From Elusimicrobiota bacterium (lineage in GTDB: Bacteria > Elusimicrobiota > Elusimicrobia > UBA1565 > UBA9628): a DNA stretch of 64,000 nucleotides. The notes under the pieces were generated by a model. The model had not been told where the DNA came from, searched no databases, and worked only from the letters and a program-made list of their open reading frames with translations. This document shows positions 1 to 8,846 of the stretch, one piece after another. A program made the translations under genes and the position numbers. How positions within the stretch are numbered: the first letter of the stretch is position 1; each line of letters starts with the position of its first letter. The stretch is from assembly GCA_027452025.1 (NCBI GenBank), contig DAIDHI010000080.1:58-64057 (forward strand), given 5' to 3'.

Positions 1-14
1 GCCGGCGAGGGCGA

Positions 15-470
15 CTACCCGCGGTGGGTGTCGAAGAAGAAGCGCAGGCCGACGACTCCCGTCCCGTCGACCCCGGCGTCAGGGGTCAAACGGAAGATGG
101 GGCCGGCCTCGACGAACGCCTGCACCGGATGCGCCGGGAGCCAATATTCGAGGCCGCCCACGGGCCGCAGCCCGAACTGGTCCTCGCGCAGCCGGAACCC
201 AAGCCCTCCATAGAGCCCGAAGGTTCCCTTGGGCGGCTTGGGCAAGATGTCCCAGGCATGCCACGTATAACCGGCGTGAAAGGACACTTCGCCGGCGCTG
301 TCGCCGAGTCCGGCGTCGAACGCCTGCGAAGGGCCGAGCCAGTATTGTCCCGTCACCCCGTCTTCCTCGCCCACTTCCACGCCCGCGCCCAGCTGCCCCG
401 CGTGCGGCTGAGCCGCGGCGGGAACGGCGGCGAGCGCGATCACGATTGCGGCTGCCAGTGTCTGCTTCAT
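15..470 (-). CDS. secreted small beta-barrel-like outer-membrane protein (hypothetical)
   Basis: 151-aa ORF with signal peptide MKQTLAAAIVIALAAVPAAAQP, Gly/aromatic-rich alternating segments and a ...GLRFFFD C-terminal region. No specific family recognised. Confidence 0.5.
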   Translation of the reverse strand: MKQTLAAAIVIALAAVPAAAQPHAGQLGAGVEVGEEDGVTGQYWLGPSQAFDAGLGDSAGEVSFHAGYTWHAWDILPKPPKGTFGLYGGLGFRLREDQFGLRPVGGLEYWLPAHPVQAFVEAGPIFRLTPDAGVDGTGVVGLRFFFDTHRG

Positions 471-647
471 ATCGACGCGATCCTGCTAAAACAAAGAAGG
501 GCCGCACGTTGAGCCCCTCGTTCCGGGCAACCCTTCCCGTCCTCAGGATACCCGGCCGCGGCGCCCGCCGCCAGTCAAATGGCGCTCAAATATCCATCGG
601 TTTCACATGTCGGCGCGCATTTGTTACACTGCAGCCCGGAGACCTTG

Positions 648-3287
648 ATGGCCATTGCCCTGCCCAGCCGCGAGCGCCCAGCTTCCGCCGCCGCCAGCGC
701 CTCCGCGCAAGGCGAGCGTGAGATGCTCTCCTGCGCGTCGCTGACTCCCGAAGCGGCGCTGGCCAAACTCAGCTCCTCCGACAAGGGCATTGCGGCCTCC
801 GAGGCGGACGAGCGACGCGCGCGCTGCGGCGACAACTCCGTCGAGAAGGAGCACAAGGCCGGCCCGCTGAAAGACCTGCTCCACCGCTGCAGCAATCCTC
901 TCGTCGTCCAACTGCTCATCATCGCCGCCGTCTCCCTGGCCATGGGAGACCAGGCCTCTGCGGCCGTCGTCGGCCTCATGGTGGTGCTCAGCGTGGCCCT
1001 TTCCTATTTCCAGGAGCGCCGCTCGGGCAAAGCCGTGGAGCGGCTGATGGCCATGGTCAAGACCACCTGCACGGCCCTGCGCGACGGCAAGGAGACCGAG
1101 GTGGCGCTGACGGCGCTGGTGCCGGGCGACGTCGTCGTCCTGGCCGCGGGCTCCATCATCCCCGCCGATCTGCGCCTCATCTCCGCCAAGGACTTCTTCG
1201 TCAGCCAGGCCGCGCTGACCGGAGAATCGATGCCGGTCGAGAAAAACGCCGCGCCCTGCGACACGGCGGGCAAGACCGCGCTCGACTTGACCAACGCCGC
1301 CTTTCTCGGCAGCAACGTCCTCAGCGGAACGGCGCGGGGCGTCGTCGTCAACACGGGAACGCGCACGTATTTCGGCTCCATTTCCCGAAAGCTCGCCGCC
1401 CAGCGCACGCTGACCAGCTTCGACCGCGGCATCGCGGATTTCACCTGGCTGATGGTGCGCTTCATGGTCGTCATGGTCGCCGCCGTCTTCCTCATCGTCG
1501 GCGCGACGAAGGGCAACTGGATCGAGGCTCTGCTCTTCGGGCTCGCCGTCGCCGTCGGCCTGACCCCCGAGATGCTGCCGATGATCGTGACGGTCAACCT
1601 CTCGAAAGGCGCCATCGCGATGTCTCGCAAGAAAGTCATCGTCAAGCGCCTCAACTCCATCCAGAATTTCGGCGCGATGGACATCCTGTGCACGGACAAG
1701 ACCGGGACGATGACGCAGGACAAGATCGTCCTGGAGCGCCACGTCGACGTCACCAATCGCGAGAGCGCCGACGTGCTGCGCTACGCGTACATGAACAGCT
1801 ATTACCAGACGGGCCTGCGCAATCTCATCGACAAGGCCATCCTCGCGCACTCGGACCTCGACGTCGAGCGCACCTGCCGCAAGGTCGACGAGATTCCCTT
1901 CGATTTCCAGCGCCGGCGCATGTCGGTCATCATCGACTACGAAGGCGATCACGTGCTCATCTGCAAGGGAGCCGTGGAAGAGGTCTTCAACGCCTGCAGC
2001 CGCTACCAGGTCGACGATGAGATCTATCCGCTCATCGACATGCTCAAGCACGACCTTCTCGACGAGTATGAGGACCTCAGCGCCGACGGCTACCGGGTGC
2101 TCGCCGTGGCCTACCGGGAATTCCCGCGCAGCAAGGAGGTCTTCTCGGCGGGCGACGAGAGCGACTTGGTTCTCCTGGGCTACGTGGCCTTTTTCGACCC
2201 GCCGAAGGAATCGGCATCGGCCGCCCTCGAGGCCCTGCGCAAGGCCGGCGTGGCGACCAAGATCCTGACCGGCGACAACGCCCTCGTGACGCAGAAGATC
2301 TGCCGGGAAGTCGGCTTGCCGGTGGATCACATCGTCACGGGCAACGAGCTGCAGGGCCTCTCCGACGCCGAACTGACGGCCGCCGCGCAGAAAGCCAACG
2401 TCTTCGCGAGGCTCTCGCCGGCGCAGAAGGAAGACATCATCCGCGCCCTGCAGCGCGGCGGTCACGTCGTCGGCTTTTTGGGCGACGGCATCAACGACGC
2501 CCCCGCGATGAAGACGGCGGACGTCGGCATCTCCGTCGACACGGCCGTCGACGTAGCCAAGGAAGCCGCCGACATCATCCTGCTCAAGAAGAGCCTGCTC
2601 GTTCTCGACGACGGCATCATGGAAGGACGCAAGGTTTTCGGCAACATCATCAAGTACATCCGCATGGGCGCCAGTTCCAACTTCGGCAACATGTTCAGCA
2701 TGGTGGGCTCCAGCTACATTCTTCCCTTCCTGCCCATGGCCCCGATCCAGGTGCTCGTCAACAACCTGCTCTATGATTTCTCGCAAATCGGCATTCCCCT
2801 GGACCGCATCGACGACGAATATACGCAGAAGCCTCGCAAATGGGACATCGGGCTCATCAAGAAGTTCATGATCTGGATCGGGCCGACGAGCTCGGTCTTC
2901 GACTACACGACCTTCGCGATCATGCTGTATTTCTTCGGCTGCATCAAATGGTCGTCGGCGGCCGCCTCCCAAAAGGTCTACTTCGAGAGCTTGTTCCACA
3001 CCGGCTGGTTCGTGGAGTCTCTGCTCACGCAGACGATGATCGTGCACATCATCCGCACCAAGAAGATCCCGTTCCTGCAGAGCGCGGCGAGCCCCGCCTT
3101 GATCCTGACCACCGTCGCCGTGATGGCCGCGGCCTGTCTTCTGCCCTATTCGCCGCTGGCCCATCCGCTCGGGCTCGTCGCCCTGCCTTGGACGTTCTGG
3201 CCCTGGATGGTCGTGACGATCCTGGCCTACTCGCTGCTGACGCATTTCGTCAAGATGAAGTATTTCGCCTACTTCGGGGCGGACTAA
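648..3287 (+). CDS. mgtA: Mg2+-importing P-type ATPase (MgtA/MgtB type)
   Basis: P-type ATPase motifs are present: ICTDKTGTMTQDKIVL (phospho-Asp), TGDN, GDGINDAPAMKTADVGISV, and 10-TM-like hydrophobic blocks. The N-terminal region resembles MgtA. The ORF opens at 579, but GC3 only becomes high after about 630, so ATG 648 is preferred (ATG 723 is also possible). Confidence 0.88.
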   Translation: MAIALPSRERPASAAASASAQGEREMLSCASLTPEAALAKLSSSDKGIAASEADERRARCGDNSVEKEHKAGPLKDLLHRCSNPLVVQLLIIAAVSLAMGDQASAAVVGLMVVLSVALSYFQERRSGKAVERLMAMVKTTCTALRDGKETEVALTALVPGDVVVLAAGSIIPADLRLISAKDFFVSQAALTGESMPVEKNAAPCDTAGKTALDLTNAAFLGSNVLSGTARGVVVNTGTRTYFGSISRKLAAQRTLTSFDRGIADFTWLMVRFMVVMVAAVFLIVGATKGNWIEALLFGLAVAVGLTPEMLPMIVTVNLSKGAIAMSRKKVIVKRLNSIQNFGAMDILCTDKTGTMTQDKIVLERHVDVTNRESADVLRYAYMNSYYQTGLRNLIDKAILAHSDLDVERTCRKVDEIPFDFQRRRMSVIIDYEGDHVLICKGAVEEVFNACSRYQVDDEIYPLIDMLKHDLLDEYEDLSADGYRVLAVAYREFPRSKEVFSAGDESDLVLLGYVAFFDPPKESASAALEALRKAGVATKILTGDNALVTQKICREVGLPVDHIVTGNELQGLSDAELTAAAQKANVFARLSPAQKEDIIRALQRGGHVVGFLGDGINDAPAMKTADVGISVDTAVDVAKEAADIILLKKSLLVLDDGIMEGRKVFGNIIKYIRMGASSNFGNMFSMVGSSYILPFLPMAPIQVLVNNLLYDFSQIGIPLDRIDDEYTQKPRKWDIGLIKKFMIWIGPTSSVFDYTTFAIMLYFFGCIKWSSAAASQKVYFESLFHTGWFVESLLTQTMIVHIIRTKKIPFLQSAASPALILTTVAVMAAACLLPYSPLAHPLGLVALPWTFWPWMVVTILAYSLLTHFVKMKYFAYFGAD

Positions 3288-3299
3288 AAGGCCCAAGCC

Positions 3300-4082
3300 A
3301 TGAAAAGCATGCTCAACGCCCTGCAGGAGGGACGGCTCATCGAGCTGCCCGACACGGACAAGGAGAAGTCGCTCAAGCTCCTGGCCCACCTCATCGAGGC
3401 CATCCCCGATCTCGGAGGCAATCCTGAGCTTGAGGAAGCGATGCTGGCGCGCGAGCGGGTCCAAAACACGGCCCTGGGCGTCGGCGTCGCCTGCCCGCAC
3501 GTGCGGGCGGCCTCCGGCTCCGGCGGAGAGCTGCTTTGCGCCGTGGGCTGGACGCCGGCCGGCATCGATTACGGCGCCCCCGACGGCAAGAAGGTCCACC
3601 TCGTCGTCATGTACTATATCCCCGACTCGCAGAAAGGGACCTATCTCAAGGAAGTGTCGGCGCTGGCCAACGCCATCCGCAAGGAAGGAGGCATACAATC
3701 CATCGCCTCCGCCGAGGACCTGGGCTCCGTGCGCGAGCGCCTGCTCGACTGGGTGCAGGCCGCCATCGACGCGAGCGTCCCGGAGGCCAAGGCGCGCATG
3801 ATCCGGCTGGAGGCGCGCCAAGCGGCGGTGGAAGCCGCCCCGTCCGGCGCGCCGGGCGCCGTCCAGGTCCTGCCCCTGACCGTGGTCACGCTGCCCGAGC
3901 GCCATATCGTGCTGTGCGCCAACCGCGAGCTCGCCGAGTTGCTCGAGCGAGACGAGACCCTGCCCGCCGCCCTCAAGGCGAAGACGCAATTCAACCGCGG
4001 CGGCTATCAGCTGGTTTTTCGCTGCGCGGCGGACTTCGACTCGCGTTCGCTCTACGAGTATCTGGCGGTCAAGGCGGGATGA
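3300..4082 (+). CDS. PTS EIIA type-2 (PtsN/EIIA-Ntr-like) domain protein with uncharacterised C-terminal extension
   Basis: The N-terminal ~150 aa show the EIIA-2 pattern, including GVGVACPHVR with the putative phospho-His. About 100 aa at the C-terminus have no recognisable family. The gene starts 13 nt after the mgtA stop. Confidence 0.65.
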   Translation: MKSMLNALQEGRLIELPDTDKEKSLKLLAHLIEAIPDLGGNPELEEAMLARERVQNTALGVGVACPHVRAASGSGGELLCAVGWTPAGIDYGAPDGKKVHLVVMYYIPDSQKGTYLKEVSALANAIRKEGGIQSIASAEDLGSVRERLLDWVQAAIDASVPEAKARMIRLEARQAAVEAAPSGAPGAVQVLPLTVVTLPERHIVLCANRELAELLERDETLPAALKAKTQFNRGGYQLVFRCAADFDSRSLYEYLAVKAG

Positions 4083-4133
4083 CCCCCCAGCCGCGGCGGC
4101 GAACTCCCCGGCGCGCCAGCGCCGGCCGAGGTC

Positions 4134-4865
4134 TCATTTCCTCCTGCCCATGATGCGCAGGATATCGAGAAAGAGGTTGATGAAATCCAAGTACAGGGTC
4201 AGCGCGCCGAGCACGGCCTCCTTGCGCTCCTGGTCGCTTCCGGGCACGGCGATGAGCTCCATCTGCCGGATCTTCTGCGTGTCGTAGGCGGTTAAGCCTA
4301 CGAAGACCAGCACGCCGATGTAGGTCGTCGCCCAGCCAAGGGCTCGGCTATGCAGGAAGAAGTTCACCACCGAAGCGATGATGATACCGATGAGGGCCAT
4401 CAAGCAGAGGTTTCCCACCCTGGTGAGGTCGGTCTGCGTCGCGTAGCCATACGCGCTCATCACCGCGAAGGTACCCGCCGTGACGAAGAAGGCGGAAGCA
4501 ATCGTGGATTGGGCGTAGGCCAGGAAGATCACGGACATGGTCACGCCGTTGAGCGCGGAGTAGAAGAGGAATAGGCCCGCGGCCGCCGAGGCGGAAAGCC
4601 TGTTGACCAGCCAGACCAAGCCGACCACCATGAGCAGCTCGACGCCCAAAAGGCCGAAAAAGAGGACTTGATCCCGGAGGATCATTGGAGCCAGGATCGG
4701 ATTGACTCCTATATAGGCGGCGACAGCGCCGGTGAGCGCGAGTCCTCCGGTCATCCAGCCGAAAACCTCGGCGAAGAAGCGGCGGTTCTCGGCGCTGTCG
4801 TGAGCCTGCAGGCCGGAACGGGCGTCTCTGAGCACGGCGGCGGCGTTGGCGGCGGCGTTTTCCAT
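4134..4865 (-). CDS. Bax inhibitor-1/YccA family membrane protein
   Basis: 7-TM pattern with the family-typical C-terminus ...YDTQKIRQM...GALTLYLDFINLFLDILRIMG. The ATG at 4865 (MENAAANAA) is chosen over the listed 5111 start, whose N-terminus is Arg-rich junk. Confidence 0.85.
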   Translation of the reverse strand: MENAAANAAAVLRDARSGLQAHDSAENRRFFAEVFGWMTGGLALTGAVAAYIGVNPILAPMILRDQVLFFGLLGVELLMVVGLVWLVNRLSASAAAGLFLFYSALNGVTMSVIFLAYAQSTIASAFFVTAGTFAVMSAYGYATQTDLTRVGNLCLMALIGIIIASVVNFFLHSRALGWATTYIGVLVFVGLTAYDTQKIRQMELIAVPGSDQERKEAVLGALTLYLDFINLFLDILRIMGRRK

Positions 4866-4958
4866 GCCGCCAGTGTGGCCCCGAAGCCGCAGTGCGTCAA
4901 GGGCGGCTAAGCCTTGACAGCACCAGGCCCCCCTGTTATATATGGAAAGCCGCCGCGC

Positions 4959-5666
4959 ATGAAAAATACGATCCTCGCCATCAGCCTGCTGTCGGTCTGC
5001 GCGCCGCTGCGCGCGCAGTTGCTCGTGCTCGATCCGGGCCACGGCGGCCACGATCTCGGGGCCGTCGTGCGCGGGCGCTACGAGAAGCGGCTCACGCTGG
5101 AGATCGCCCAAAAGCTCAAGGAAAAGCTAGAAAAAGAGGGGGCGTCGGTGGCGCTGACCCGCGATCACGACGTCTATCTGCCGCTCGACGAGCGCGTGAA
5201 TCTGGGCGAGCGCGGCGCCGCCTTCATCTCGCTGCATCTCAACGACGTGCGCTCGCGGCGCGAGCGCGGCATCACGGTCTACGCCTTCGGCCGCGACCGG
5301 CGCCGCATCCCGCGCCGCCGGCACCGATACGCCATCCCGCCGCTTCCCGCTCCGCCCATGCAGCAGCGGCGCCAGAGCGCGCGCCTGGCCGCCGCGTTCG
5401 TCGGCACGCTGCGCAGCCGAGGCTTCCGCGTCGACCCTCCGGCTCGCGCGGGCTTTTACGTGCTCAAGAATCCGGACGTTCCGAGCGTCCTCATCGAACT
5501 GGGCTACCTGAGCAACCCGCGGGAAGCGGCGCGCTTGGAAAGCCCCGCGTATCAGGACCGCCTGGCCGACGCCCTTGCCGCGAGCCTCAGGCGTTATTTC
5601 GGACCATTTGCCGGCTCCACGCTGCAGGCGAAAGCCTCCGCCCTCAGCGCCGGCCGCTTGCGTTGA
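4959..5666 (+). CDS. N-acetylmuramoyl-L-alanine amidase (Amidase_3 family)
   Basis: LVLDPGHGGHDLGAV, ...FISLHLN..., VLIELGYLSNPREA are classic Amidase_3 Zn-ligand and fold motifs. A signal peptide begins at MKNTILAISLLSVCA (ATG 4959). Confidence 0.85.
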   Translation: MKNTILAISLLSVCAPLRAQLLVLDPGHGGHDLGAVVRGRYEKRLTLEIAQKLKEKLEKEGASVALTRDHDVYLPLDERVNLGERGAAFISLHLNDVRSRRERGITVYAFGRDRRRIPRRRHRYAIPPLPAPPMQQRRQSARLAAAFVGTLRSRGFRVDPPARAGFYVLKNPDVPSVLIELGYLSNPREAARLESPAYQDRLADALAASLRRYFGPFAGSTLQAKASALSAGRLR

Positions 5667-5678
5667 CCGGAGATCGCC

Positions 5679-6074
5679 ATGCGAAGACTCCTTTTCGCCT
5701 TCTTCGCCTTGTCCGCCCTCGTCTCGGCGCGCCTCTTCGGCGGCCCGATGGACGGCACCGTCTGGGACGTCAAGGTCAAGCCCGACTCCTTTTTCGCGAT
5801 GTCGCATCGCGGCACTCTGATGTTCGCGCGAGGACGCCTCAGCGTAGCCACGGCCGCGTCGCCCGACTTCCAGCCCGGCTACTATACCGCGCAATCGGTC
5901 GACGGCACCACGGCCGACGCGGTCTGGAACGCCTCCCTTAAAGAGCCGGATCAAGGCGTCATGAACTGGCATGGGCTCGTCCGCGGAGATCGCATCGAGG
6001 GCTTCGCGGTCTGGTGGACTAGGTCGGGGAAAGCCCGGCGCTTCAGCTTCACCGGCTCTCGACGCGAAGGCTAG
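5679..6074 (+). CDS. hypothetical secreted protein
   Basis: 131-aa ORF with signal peptide [17 protein letters not shown] and high GC3. No family recognised. Confidence 0.5.
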   Translation: MRRLLFAFFALSALVSARLFGGPMDGTVWDVKVKPDSFFAMSHRGTLMFARGRLSVATAASPDFQPGYYTAQSVDGTTADAVWNASLKEPDQGVMNWHGLVRGDRIEGFAVWWTRSGKARRFSFTGSRREG

Positions 6075-6631
6075 TGCTGCTGGCGTTCTACAAGCCCTAC
6101 GGCGTGGTGTCTCAGTTCACTCCTCTGGCGGGACATCCCACCCTCGCCGGCTTCGGCCTGCCCAAGGGCGTCTACCCCTGCGGCCGCCTCGACCGCGACA
6201 GCGAAGGCCTGCTGCTGCTCACCGACGACGGGGCCCTCCAGCATCGGCTCAGCGACCCGAGATTCGGCCAAGCGCGGACCTACTGGGCCCAGGTGGAGGG
6301 GGCGGCGCAGGAAGCGGCGCTCGCCAGGCTGCGGCGAGGGCCCCGGCTTTCCGATGGCCCGACTAGGCCGTGCGAGGCCCGGAGGCTTTCGGCGGAGCCC
6401 GATCTTGCGCCGCGCGATCCGCCGATCCGCTACAGAAGGACGGTCGCCACTTCGTGGCTCGAGATCACGCTGACCGAAGGCCGCAACCGCCAGGTGCGGC
6501 GTATGACGGCCGCCGTCGGCCTGCCTACCCTGCGCCTGGTACGCGTGCGCCACGGCGGCGCCGGGCTCGAAGGGCTCGCGCCCGGAGAGTGGCGGCCGGT
6601 CCGTCCAGACACTGTCACGCGTTCGCGCTAG
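6074..6631 (+). CDS. RsuA/RluE-family pseudouridine synthase
   Basis: [17 protein letters not shown] catalytic-Asp motif and the ...[10 protein letters not shown] motif are present. The protein is short and lacks an S4 domain, as RluE does. GTG start. Confidence 0.8.
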   Translation: MLLAFYKPYGVVSQFTPLAGHPTLAGFGLPKGVYPCGRLDRDSEGLLLLTDDGALQHRLSDPRFGQARTYWAQVEGAAQEAALARLRRGPRLSDGPTRPCEARRLSAEPDLAPRDPPIRYRRTVATSWLEITLTEGRNRQVRRMTAAVGLPTLRLVRVRHGGAGLEGLAPGEWRPVRPDTVTRSR

Positions 6632-6663
6632 GCCGGGTACGACGCCTTTGTTAGCATCGCGCC

Positions 6664-6945
6664 ATGTCCAACCGGGAATTTTTCTTCGTGGCGACGATGA
6701 CCCTGGGCCTGGCCTTCGCCAATCTCATGGGCCCGCATTGGCTGGTCCGCAAATTCGCGCCTGACGGCAGCTTCATCCTCTGGAAGGTGGTGCCGCGCCC
6801 GACCCTCCCCCGCCGGCGCCAACCTCAGACGCCGATGTCCTCGTTCCAGAGACGCGGATTGGAAGCGATGAAGCCGCGCATCAAGCCGATGCAAGCTTCG
6901 TCGCCGAGATCGACGATCTGGGCGCCTTGGGCGCGCAGCCAATGA
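6664..6945 (+). CDS. small hypothetical membrane protein (uncertain)
   Basis: ATG ORF with high GC3 in its first ~50 codons and one hydrophobic helix (FFFVATMTLGLAFANLM). Its 3' part overlaps the convergent deaminase gene by ~120 nt, so the real extent is doubtful. Confidence 0.3.
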   Translation: MSNREFFFVATMTLGLAFANLMGPHWLVRKFAPDGSFILWKVVPRPTLPRRRQPQTPMSSFQRRGLEAMKPRIKPMQASSPRSTIWAPWARSQ

Positions 6946-7262
6946 GGCGCGCCGGCGAAATTCACCGACTCGCCGACGACGACCTTCGGGATGCGGAACT
7001 GCACGACGGCCCCGGAACACAGGTAGCAGGGCATCAGGGTCGAATACAGCACGGTCCCTTCATAGCGGCCGACGCGTCCGGCCTGGCGCAGGCAGTCGAT
7101 CTCGGCGTGGGCCATGGGGTCTCCCTGCTGGACGCGCCGATTGCGGCCCCGGCCGATGATGCGCCCGTCCTTGACCAGCACCGAGCCGATCGGAATGCCG
7201 CCTTCCTGGAGGCCCTGGCGAGCCTCGTCGAGAGCCGCTCGCAGAAAGACGTCGTGTTCCAT
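6825..7262 (-). CDS. CDA-fold nucleoside/cytosine deaminase (yeast-FCY1-like / TadA-like)
   Basis: HAE (MAHAEIDC) and PCxxC (MPCYLCSGA) zinc motifs. The 145-aa length and the C-terminus resemble the small cytosine deaminase class. Confidence 0.8.
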   Translation of the reverse strand: MEHDVFLRAALDEARQGLQEGGIPIGSVLVKDGRIIGRGRNRRVQQGDPMAHAEIDCLRQAGRVGRYEGTVLYSTLMPCYLCSGAVVQFRIPKVVVGESVNFAGAPHWLRAQGAQIVDLGDEACIGLMRGFIASNPRLWNEDIGV

Positions 7263-7304
7263 GGCGATATGATATGATCTTTGCCGCTATATAAGGAGAG
7301 ATCA

Positions 7305-8012
7305 ATGAGAATGACCGCCGCCGTCGTCGCCCTCTTGCTCGGCTCGCAGGCCTTCGCCGACGCCGCCCCCGCGAAGAAGTCGTCGTCGACGGGGACGTCC
7401 TCGTCGATGAGCGCGGACCAGAAGACATTCTACGCCCTCGGCATGGCGTTGGCCGATAATCTGAAGGTGTTCAGCCTGACGCGCCCGGAAGTCAAGCTCG
7501 TGGAACGAGGCCTGGAAGACGCCACGCTGGGCCGGCCGACCTCGGTGACCCTGCAGGAATACGGTCCAAAGATCCGGGCCTTGGCGGAGCAGCGCATGGC
7601 TGCCCAGGCGAAGAAAGAAAAGGCGCGCGACGCCGCGTTCGCGACCAACGTCCTCAAGGAACCGGGCGCCAAGACGTATCCTTCGGGCCTGATCATGATC
7701 GTGCTCAAGCCCGGCAAGGGGCCCTCGCCCAAGGCGACGGACACCGTCAAGGTGGACTACGAAGGCAAGCTCACCAACGGCAAAGTCTTCGACAGCTCGA
7801 TTGCCCGCGGCCAGCCCGCGGAATTCCCGCTCAACGCCGTCATCCCGTGCTGGACGGAAGCCGTCCAGAAGATGAAGGTCGGAGAGACGGCCCGACTGAT
7901 CTGCCCGTCGAAGATCGCCTACGGCGACGAGGGCCGGCCGCCTCAGATTCCGGGCGGCGCGACGCTGGACTTTAAGGTCACCCTGCTCTCCATCGTCAAC
8001 AAGAAGCCCTGA
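7305..8012 (+). CDS. FKBP-type peptidyl-prolyl cis-trans isomerase (FkpA/Mip-like, periplasmic)
   Basis: Signal peptide, an N-terminal dimerisation-helix region and a C-terminal FKBP domain (VDYEGKLTNGKVFDSS...IPGGATLDFKVTLLSI). AAGGAG lies upstream of ATG 7305. Confidence 0.85.
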   Translation: MRMTAAVVALLLGSQAFADAAPAKKSSSTGTSSSMSADQKTFYALGMALADNLKVFSLTRPEVKLVERGLEDATLGRPTSVTLQEYGPKIRALAEQRMAAQAKKEKARDAAFATNVLKEPGAKTYPSGLIMIVLKPGKGPSPKATDTVKVDYEGKLTNGKVFDSSIARGQPAEFPLNAVIPCWTEAVQKMKVGETARLICPSKIAYGDEGRPPQIPGGATLDFKVTLLSIVNKKP

Positions 8013-8015
8013 CGA

Positions 8016-8381
8016 TCAGCCGCGCCGGCGCCGGTGCTGGCGCAAAAGGCAATCGTCGGATACGACGAGGAGGCCCGCTTTGCGGGCGCGCTCTTCGCCG
8101 GCCGGGTGCGTGATCCCGTCTTGCAGCCAAAGCGCCTTCGCCTTGATCTTGATGGCCTCGTCGATCACGGGACCCACGACCTCGGGGTTGCGAAAGACAT
8201 CGACGACGTCGACGGGAAACGGGATCGCCGACAGGCTCGGATAGCACGTCTGCCCCAGCAATTCCTCGTGCCCGGGATTGACGGGAACCACGCGGTAGCC
8301 CCGCTCCTGCAGGTAGGCGGCCACGTAGTGGCCGGGACGGTCGGGCTTGGGCGAGCAGCCCACGACGGCGATGGTCTTCAT
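8016..8381 (-). CDS. CoA-binding domain protein (YccU-like)
   Basis: MKTIAVVGCSPKPDRPGHYVAAYLQERGYRVVPVNP is the typical CoA_binding_2 N-terminus. ATG at 8381 is preferred over the listed 8606. Confidence 0.8.
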   Translation of the reverse strand: MKTIAVVGCSPKPDRPGHYVAAYLQERGYRVVPVNPGHEELLGQTCYPSLSAIPFPVDVVDVFRNPEVVGPVIDEAIKIKAKALWLQDGITHPAGEERARKAGLLVVSDDCLLRQHRRRRG

Positions 8382-8452
8382 CGCCAGAATCCGATCGACG
8401 ACGTCGGCCGGCGCGCCTCCGGGCGTCAACCGGCAGGCGGAGCCGTCGGCCA

Positions 8453-8830
8453 CTAGGCGCGGTACGCTTCGACCTGGACTTCGCCGTCCTCGATCTGGAC
8501 GTGCACGGAGACGACGCGCGAGCAGACCTCGCAATCCTCGTACATCGTCTGCCCGTCGGATTCCGACGTGACATGGACCTCGAAAGTCTCCCCGCAATAG
8601 GGGCACTCGACTTCGGCGTCCTCGTCGATGGCCGGCGTCTCCGGTGCGGCCGTGACCTCGGTCAAAACGGCTTCCAGGACCTTGGCCTGCCGGCTTTCCT
8701 CCCGCTCCTCCGCCGGCTCGGCGGTCCGGGCGGAAGCCGCCTTCCTGCGAACGGCTGGCCTCTTCGCGTGACTCGGCTTGGCTTTCACAAGCAATATATA
8801 CCCCCCACCTTTTTCCCGCGCAAGACCCAA
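8453..8830 (-). CDS. CPXCG-motif cysteine-rich (zinc-ribbon) protein
   Basis: C-terminal ECPYCGETFEV...YEDCEVCSRVVSVHV matches the CPXCG small-protein family. The start is uncertain (TTG 8830, GTG 8788 or later). The N-terminal half is low-complexity. Confidence 0.55.
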   Translation of the reverse strand: MGLAREKGGGYILLVKAKPSHAKRPAVRRKAASARTAEPAEEREESRQAKVLEAVLTEVTAAPETPAIDEDAEVECPYCGETFEVHVTSESDGQTMYEDCEVCSRVVSVHVQIEDGEVQVEAYRA

Positions 8831-8846
8831 AACTCCTGGGACCAGC

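Noticed and set aside
471-647. Possible Mg2+ riboswitch (M-box) or proline-rich leader peptide upstream of mgtA
   Set aside because: I could not find M-box consensus elements or a convincing leader ORF by eye. A covariance-model search is needed before any claim.
624-3989. 1121-aa ORF on the minus strand, the longest in the track
   Set aside because: It lies exactly antisense to mgtA and the EIIA gene. Its translation is Arg/Gly/Asp/Ala-rich with no motifs. This is the usual shadow ORF of a high-GC gene whose sense strand carries unmistakable P-type ATPase motifs.
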